Positions 58,158-64,000 of a stretch of DNA of 64,000 nucleotides are shown one piece after another (within the stretch, counting starts at the first letter, position 1; each line of letters begins with the position of its first letter). Location of the stretch: the IMG/VR virus record IMGVR_UViG_3300024259_000010, positions 62,001 through 126,000 of that record; one strand, 5' to 3'. The notes under the pieces are model-generated. The model ran no database searches. It worked only from the letters and a program-made list of their open reading frames with translations, and was not told the origin of the DNA. Both the position numbers and the translations under genes were made by a program.

Positions 58158-60761
58158 ATGAGAAATGATTCTATAGCAGTTAGAACAAAAGAAAGGTTAT
58201 TGTCCCTACTTGGGATTGAGTCCTCTTTGAATAAAGAGAATACAAATAATCTTGTGGAGAAATTAAAGAGACCTGGGCAGTTTAGTAATGTTGAAGAACA
58301 GTTACTACGGTCATCTATAAACAATACACAATCGCATTCTATTGATAATCTTAAACACGATATGTTAGCAATATCCACTGATGTTAATAAGAAGATTGAT
58401 CATAACAAATCGTTCCAGTCAATGGTACCTGAGATAGGTAAAGCCAAGACAGTACTAGTACCATCTATTCTATCACCTAGTGATATGTTTAGTAATTATG
58501 TAACATGTGATCTAGATACTGATAAACTAGATGAAGTTACTAAATCAAAAATTATAGAAATCATTAATGTCCGTATGAATGATAGATTGAAGATCGGTAA
58601 TCTATTATCTGAATGGATCGGTGATGCATTGTTCGACTACGGTGCAGTTCCTGTTATGACTCTTCCTAAGAAAGCCATTTCATTGTTAGTTACGAGTATT
58701 GCACATCAGGAAGATGAAAATGCTCAACAAGCTACATCAGATACCCTTGGTATTAATCCTAAGAAGAGAATTGATGAGAATGAACAAAAGGATGGAATGA
58801 CTTCTGTTAGTTATGAAATCGCTATTGACAAAGTTGACTTATATGGTAGAACGGATGACTCTGTTGAAATCTCAACTGAAGATCAGAAAGTAATTGACAA
58901 AGCTGGTGATATTGATTTTGTAGATATTGAAATAGATACTGAAGATTATGAAGCCGGAATGATGACTACTGATTATTCAGATGCTGAGAAGATTGAAGAG
59001 AGAGAGGCTGTATTAAAAAAGGTTAATAATAGTCAATCTGATCTTATTAAATCATCTACTGAACTTATCAAAGAAAACTTTAGTCTATCTATTGACACTA
59101 GAAAAATAAACAATGTTAAGACTAAAGAAAGTAATATTAATAAAAAAGTTCAAGAGAAGATGGATGCTTTAATGCAAACATCTGGTTCCGAAAAGATTTA
59201 TACTATTTCTGATGTAGGCTACCCCTCTGAAGATGATGAGCCTTATATTCAGAAGCTTCCTACTAATGCAGTTATTCCTATCTTTGTTCCTGGTGCACCA
59301 AGTTCACATATTGGTTACTTTGTAATCATTGACCAGTTTGGTAATCCTATCGATGAGTCTTATTCATATGTAAGTGAGAACCATACTCTTGGTACTCCAT
59401 ATCTTGCAACAATGAATGATATCTCAAATAGAGACTTAGGGGCATCAGCTAAGAAGTATAATATTCTTTCTACTGTTTTTGAATTAACATTGAAAAAGAC
59501 GATTGAAGAATCTATCAAGTCTATAGGTGTTGATGCAGCAAGCTTTCCTGATGACAAGAGACTCTATTCTTGCCTATTCAATAGAGCACTTCACAAGCAG
59601 CGTGTAACCTTATTATACGTACCTACAACTCATATGACTTACTATGCATATGATTACAGACCCGATGGTACTGGTAAAGGATTAATGGAAGATAGTTCCT
59701 TCATCATTAGAATGAGAACTTCATTCATGATTGCTGAAGTTTTATCTGCTCTTAATAATGCTACTGATAGACATAAGATCTCATTTGATCTTGGTGATAA
59801 TAAAGGTACTAACGTAGAGCAAGTCATGGGTCTATTGAAAGATAGTTTCATTACTAAGTATATGTATAACCTTGATCATAATCCAATGAATGTTATGCGC
59901 GATATTATTGCACGTAGTGTATCTATCGTTCCAAAAGAAATTGGTGGTATTACAAATCTTAATCTTGATACTGAAACTACTCAAGGACAAGCTGGTAATA
60001 GTAAACCTGAAGTAGCTGATAACTTAACTGATATGATCATTACATCGACTAAGGTTCCAGCTTCTATCTTCAATGCATTGAATGATGCTGAGTTCTCAAG
60101 GTCAGTGGCTACAAACAACTTACTCTTCGCAAACTTCATCAGATTCCTTCAAGGTATTACATGTAATAAAACTGAAAACATTGTTAAAGGATATGTCCGT
60201 AACTCTTATTCAGTATTGAAAGAAATTATCGAAGTGCTTAAAGAAAACAATTGTGATGTTGATACTACTGAAAAGCTTAAGCTTATGTTAGACCACATCG
60301 TTTCAAATATCTTTGTGACACTACCATCACCTGACATCTCTCCTGATAAGGCTAGATATGCAGAGCTGGAAGAAGTTATCAAAACTATTGATGCTATTGC
60401 TGAGAAACTAATCCCTGATGATATGATCGTCCTTGAAGATGATAAGTCAGCAGAAACACTTAAAGCTATTCGTGCTAGTATTGTTGTTGATCTAGTTAAG
60501 GAAGCAGTACATAAGATTGGTGCTGGTGGTATTATCGATACGACTATGTTCGATGATGATAATATGGATATATTAAAATTAGAAAAATATAATCATATCT
60601 TCCATAACTTCTCTGCTGCTATTGCAGCACTACAGAATTCACTTAAACCAGGTGCGCCTGCTGAAGGTGGAGAGACTGATGAGACAACTGATGATGGTGA
60701 TGATGATGTACCATCTGCTTCATGGGAAAGCCTAGAAGAAAAAGACGACACTACTGAATAG
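58158..60761 (+). CDS. Portal protein (phiKZ gp129-like)
   Basis: 867 aa; VPSILSPSD, VIPIFVPG...HIGYFVIIDQFGNP, YYAYDYRPDGTGKGL, EFSRSV...NLL. Confidence 0.75.
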   Translation: MRNDSIAVRTKERLLSLLGIESSLNKENTNNLVEKLKRPGQFSNVEEQLLRSSINNTQSHSIDNLKHDMLAISTDVNKKIDHNKSFQSMVPEIGKAKTVLVPSILSPSDMFSNYVTCDLDTDKLDEVTKSKIIEIINVRMNDRLKIGNLLSEWIGDALFDYGAVPVMTLPKKAISLLVTSIAHQEDENAQQATSDTLGINPKKRIDENEQKDGMTSVSYEIAIDKVDLYGRTDDSVEISTEDQKVIDKAGDIDFVDIEIDTEDYEAGMMTTDYSDAEKIEEREAVLKKVNNSQSDLIKSSTELIKENFSLSIDTRKINNVKTKESNINKKVQEKMDALMQTSGSEKIYTISDVGYPSEDDEPYIQKLPTNAVIPIFVPGAPSSHIGYFVIIDQFGNPIDESYSYVSENHTLGTPYLATMNDISNRDLGASAKKYNILSTVFELTLKKTIEESIKSIGVDAASFPDDKRLYSCLFNRALHKQRVTLLYVPTTHMTYYAYDYRPDGTGKGLMEDSSFIIRMRTSFMIAEVLSALNNATDRHKISFDLGDNKGTNVEQVMGLLKDSFITKYMYNLDHNPMNVMRDIIARSVSIVPKEIGGITNLNLDTETTQGQAGNSKPEVADNLTDMIITSTKVPASIFNALNDAEFSRSVATNNLLFANFIRFLQGITCNKTENIVKGYVRNSYSVLKEIIEVLKENNCDVDTTEKLKLMLDHIVSNIFVTLPSPDISPDKARYAELEEVIKTIDAIAEKLIPDDMIVLEDDKSAETLKAIRASIVVDLVKEAVHKIGAGGIIDTTMFDDDNMDILKLEKYNHIFHNFSAAIAALQNSLKPGAPAEGGETDETTDDGDDDVPSASWESLEEKDDTTE

Positions 60762-60780
60762 AGTTGCACTGAACAAATAA

Positions 60781-60822
60781 ATATACTACTACAGGTTGCT
60801 TGCGCAACCTGTAGTAGTATAT
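60781..60822. terminator. Bidirectional terminator
   Basis: 19-bp perfect stem ATATACTACTACAGGTTGC, loop TTGC (GCAA on minus). Confidence 0.8.
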
Positions 60823-60835
60823 ATTTTAATATCTT

Positions 60836-61684
60836 TTATTCAGCAACTAAGCTATCAACTTCACGCTGGATACCAGATTTAGCAAGGTTCTCGTTAACTT
60901 CTTCCAAGTATGGAGTACGTTCACCAGAGTATCTGATCTTAGCATCTTGCATAATGGTAGCGATTTCAACACCCATTTCACGGGTACGCTTATTATGTTG
61001 GAGATGACCAGAGAAGGTAACAGTACGATCCATAGTTTTAGAAGTTGCAATATTTCTTTCAAGTCCTAAAGAACCACCAGGGTCGGTCGGGAACATGTTA
61101 GAAATGAATGCAGCATCAACGATGTTCTTAGCCAGCTGGCTAGGATCATATTGGATAGCCAATACAGACATGGAGTAAGTAGAAGATAAGAACTGTAAGT
61201 TCTCGTCATCAAACCGACCCATAGATGCATTGGTATCCGGATCTTGAATGTCCTTCATCCACTGTACGAAGAGGTTCCAGATCAAGTTACCAGTTACTTC
61301 CGTAAAGGTAAATGAAGGATTAACCGCTGCGCGTTTAGACTGAGTAGGAACCTGCAGCTGCTGTCCATCATGGCCAACAGGAGTTTCACTAGTCTCCAGT
61401 GAATAAGTTACATCAATTCCGCTAACTGATTTAGCATGAGTTTCGATAAGTGTTTTAATAGTTTCACCAACTACGTTATTACCAGTGTTGGTATACATAG
61501 ATGGTGTATGCATTACAATAAATACAGTTGGAGTGAATACTAACGGAGTAGCAGCGTCCAAGGACACTTCACGTAACCCAACACCCAGGTTTGACCCATG
61601 GTCTAGGTTAGCTCCGATTTGGTTTTCACCCAAACCTAATGCAGTTGCTTCTTGTAACAGATGGTCTTTAAATTGATCGCTCAT
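60836..61684 (-). CDS. Tail tube protein (phiKZ gp30-like)
   Basis: 282 aa directly downstream of the sheath; LIETHAKSVSG, W..DIQDPDT, NMFP. Confidence 0.75.
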   Translation of the reverse strand: MSDQFKDHLLQEATALGLGENQIGANLDHGSNLGVGLREVSLDAATPLVFTPTVFIVMHTPSMYTNTGNNVVGETIKTLIETHAKSVSGIDVTYSLETSETPVGHDGQQLQVPTQSKRAAVNPSFTFTEVTGNLIWNLFVQWMKDIQDPDTNASMGRFDDENLQFLSSTYSMSVLAIQYDPSQLAKNIVDAAFISNMFPTDPGGSLGLERNIATSKTMDRTVTFSGHLQHNKRTREMGVEIATIMQDAKIRYSGERTPYLEEVNENLAKSGIQREVDSLVAE

Positions 61685-61689
61685 AGTGA

Positions 61690-64000
61690 TTACCCTTCAA
61701 ATCCGGTACGTCTGCAAATAATATCGAGATTCCATACACGCTGTGCAGGACCGCCAGTAAGTATGATCTGTACGTGATGTACAAAACCGAGTTGTGCTTC
61801 TTCTTCTGTCTGATACATGGATACTTCGAATCCGTAACGTCCAGCAAGCATATGCCCGAGTTTCTGTTCTAGATCATTAATGACCATAGCATATGTAGCC
61901 TGTACATTAACATCGTCTACTCCAGCATACTTAGCCCATACAGGCAGAGTCAACTGTTTGATGTAGATAATGGTATTAACAAAACTATCGAGTGCAAGCA
62001 CACTAGTATCGTTAGCATATACAGATTTCAAACCTGGGAAATGTAAGTGTGTCATATCGTAGTACTGACAGTAGTTTACATTATTACCCCACAAGCTACG
62101 CTTGGTTGGTTTGTCATATGGGAACCATGAAAGCTCACGGAACTGATCTACTTCAGAGTACGGCAATCCGTTAGGCTGCTGTTTGATGTAGGTCAAGTTA
62201 TGATACTCAGCAATCTTAATTGCATACCAGATAGTGTGAGGAACATCTTTCTTGTAGTACTCGCCATTCAAGACGCCATACTGCCCGAAGATAGATCCAC
62301 GACATGCACCAGTACCAAACAGTTCTGATTCAGGATTCAAGACAATCTTAGCAGTCAGCATATCACCAGTAGCGATAGACATAGCTTCATCTTGATCTGA
62401 TCCAGACCATGTGGACATAACAATTTTGATATCATCACGGAATGACAAGAATGCAATAAGCTCATCTTTAAGAGCAACGCTATATCCAGTATCAATAATA
62501 GTATTGAATGGGAATTTAGCTTTGTCTTCAATCTGAGGATTAAAGGTTCTGTCATAGAATTTCTCAATGAGTGCTTCAATTCTATTAGTACCGAGAGGTC
62601 CACCAGTATCGTCATCCAAAGATGCGCCATCAATATCAGTATCACCATCACTACCATCAGTTAAGTAATCTGGGGTAGAGGAAACGAATTCGCTCATTCC
62701 AGCTTCTCTTACAATCGCAGGAGTATTGAAACCATAATCAAGATTATCACCAAGTACTATTTCAGCATAACCAGAATAAGTAATAAGAACATCTTCTGCC
62801 CATGAAATTTCATAAGTACCAGCATTGTCAATAACGTCAGTTACGAAAACTTGTGTCCCGTCAATGAGTAATTCCATTCCGATATCCGGAGATACTTCAG
62901 TGGCAGTAAACTGTGAAACATCACCAGGGACATCAACAGTACAACCAGTCTCTGCGATATTAGCAACTGTCATAGTAACATTAGCACCACCATTAAGAGC
63001 AATAACTATATCAACCGAAGTACCATCTATTTCACCAGTAGTTCCAACAGGAGCATCCCACGTTAGTAAGATATTCGAGCCGTCAACTTCAACAGTATTG
63101 ATAGTAGTAGTTTCAGCATTGCCAAATGTAACAACATCGTCAATCTGTGGAGATGGAGCATGTGGTGTAAACAGATTCTTAGAAACAGTTTCAGTTACAT
63201 TACCAGTATGTTCAAAGGCATCAACAATATTGAATGCATCCACATCATTAGGATTCTCTTCATCGAAGTCACCAAGTGCAACCTCGTTATATGAGGTAGG
63301 ATCTTCAGACTTAACAATAATTTTACCGTTAAGGATATTGATCTTATATGCTTTGGTATCATCTTCTTCATAACCAACAATCGGGTTAGAGATCGAATGC
63401 CATGGATCAGCTGGTGTCTGTAAGATTTCAGCTCCACCAAGTTCTTTTTTGACGCTCAAAATAGAATCATCAAAGAATTTAGAATACATATCATCTTGAA
63501 TTTCTTTTACATAAGCAGGGTAGAAATGTGCATTGACAGGAGAAACATATGAAGCATCGAAATAACGACCAAACATATTTTCAAAGTCAACATTAATACC
63601 ATCTTCAACGGTACCGTCAATAGTAGCAAATTCAAATGAGTAAGGACTGTATTTAGTTTTTACAAAACTAAATGTGCTAAATCCATAATCTTTTTGAACA
63701 AACCCTAATTCAAGGAACGAAGATTTACTAGAATTAATTCTATCATATGCAGCTTCAATGTCAGAAGTATTGTTCCATAAACGGAATCCAAGATCATTAC
63801 CATACTTACCTTCATTAGTAACATCAAATGCCATAACAGGAACAGTGTTACCACTATTAGTAGCCTGTATGTTAGCGATCGATTCACCGACTTCAAGTTT
63901 TCTATAAGTATAAGTATAATCAACTGATCCAGAAGTTGGAATGTTACACTCTAAAACATAAGAGGCTTTGGCCATAAGCTTTGTACCAGTACCATCATTG
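61690..64000 (-). CDS. Contractile tail sheath protein (phiKZ gp29-like); 5' end outside window
   Basis: Frame is open upstream of the 63975 ATG (NDGTGTKL-MAK); YGNDLGFRLW, DGSDG, IDTGYS, PESELFGT, FPGLKSVY..DTSVL. Confidence 0.8.
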   Translation of the reverse strand, partial: NDGTGTKLMAKASYVLECNIPTSGSVDYTYTYRKLEVGESIANIQATNSGNTVPVMAFDVTNEGKYGNDLGFRLWNNTSDIEAAYDRINSSKSSFLELGFVQKDYGFSTFSFVKTKYSPYSFEFATIDGTVEDGINVDFENMFGRYFDASYVSPVNAHFYPAYVKEIQDDMYSKFFDDSILSVKKELGGAEILQTPADPWHSISNPIVGYEEDDTKAYKINILNGKIIVKSEDPTSYNEVALGDFDEENPNDVDAFNIVDAFEHTGNVTETVSKNLFTPHAPSPQIDDVVTFGNAETTTINTVEVDGSNILLTWDAPVGTTGEIDGTSVDIVIALNGGANVTMTVANIAETGCTVDVPGDVSQFTATEVSPDIGMELLIDGTQVFVTDVIDNAGTYEISWAEDVLITYSGYAEIVLGDNLDYGFNTPAIVREAGMSEFVSSTPDYLTDGSDGDTDIDGASLDDDTGGPLGTNRIEALIEKFYDRTFNPQIEDKAKFPFNTIIDTGYSVALKDELIAFLSFRDDIKIVMSTWSGSDQDEAMSIATGDMLTAKIVLNPESELFGTGACRGSIFGQYGVLNGEYYKKDVPHTIWYAIKIAEYHNLTYIKQQPNGLPYSEVDQFRELSWFPYDKPTKRSLWGNNVNYCQYYDMTHLHFPGLKSVYANDTSVLALDSFVNTIIYIKQLTLPVWAKYAGVDDVNVQATYAMVINDLEQKLGHMLAGRYGFEVSMYQTEEEAQLGFVHHVQIILTGGPAQRVWNLDIICRRTGFEG

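Noticed and set aside
1-64000. tRNA/rRNA genes, introns, inteins, transposases, chimallin or tubulin genes
   Set aside because: None recognised by eye; RNAP, polymerase and topoisomerase ORFs look uninterrupted. Nucleus formation cannot be claimed from this window.

Overview
AT-rich, gene-dense segment of a phiKZ-related jumbo myophage genome. The assignment rests on recognisable motifs: split multisubunit RNA polymerase subunits (beta'-C and beta-C virion-RNAP-like, one non-virion-RNAP-like), a split family-B DNA polymerase, portal, tail sheath and tube, baseplate and head proteins. The window also holds a GroEL-like chaperonin, a two-subunit type IIA topoisomerase, a small lysis-like cassette, early (CATATATTAC) and late (CATnnTATG) promoter-like motifs and many long hairpin terminators. 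The best candidate for a novel system is at 52618-58037. There a large baseplate-type virion protein ends in a 195-aa acidic tail with 25 Cys, many in Cx3D/E motifs, and is directly followed by a radical SAM/SPASM enzyme. This suggests ranthipeptide/QhpD-like thioether cross-linking of a virion protein. It sits in an accessory tail block that also encodes a glycosyltransferase-like protein. phiKZ gp numbers are recalled from family knowledge and synteny, not from database searches, and should be verified.
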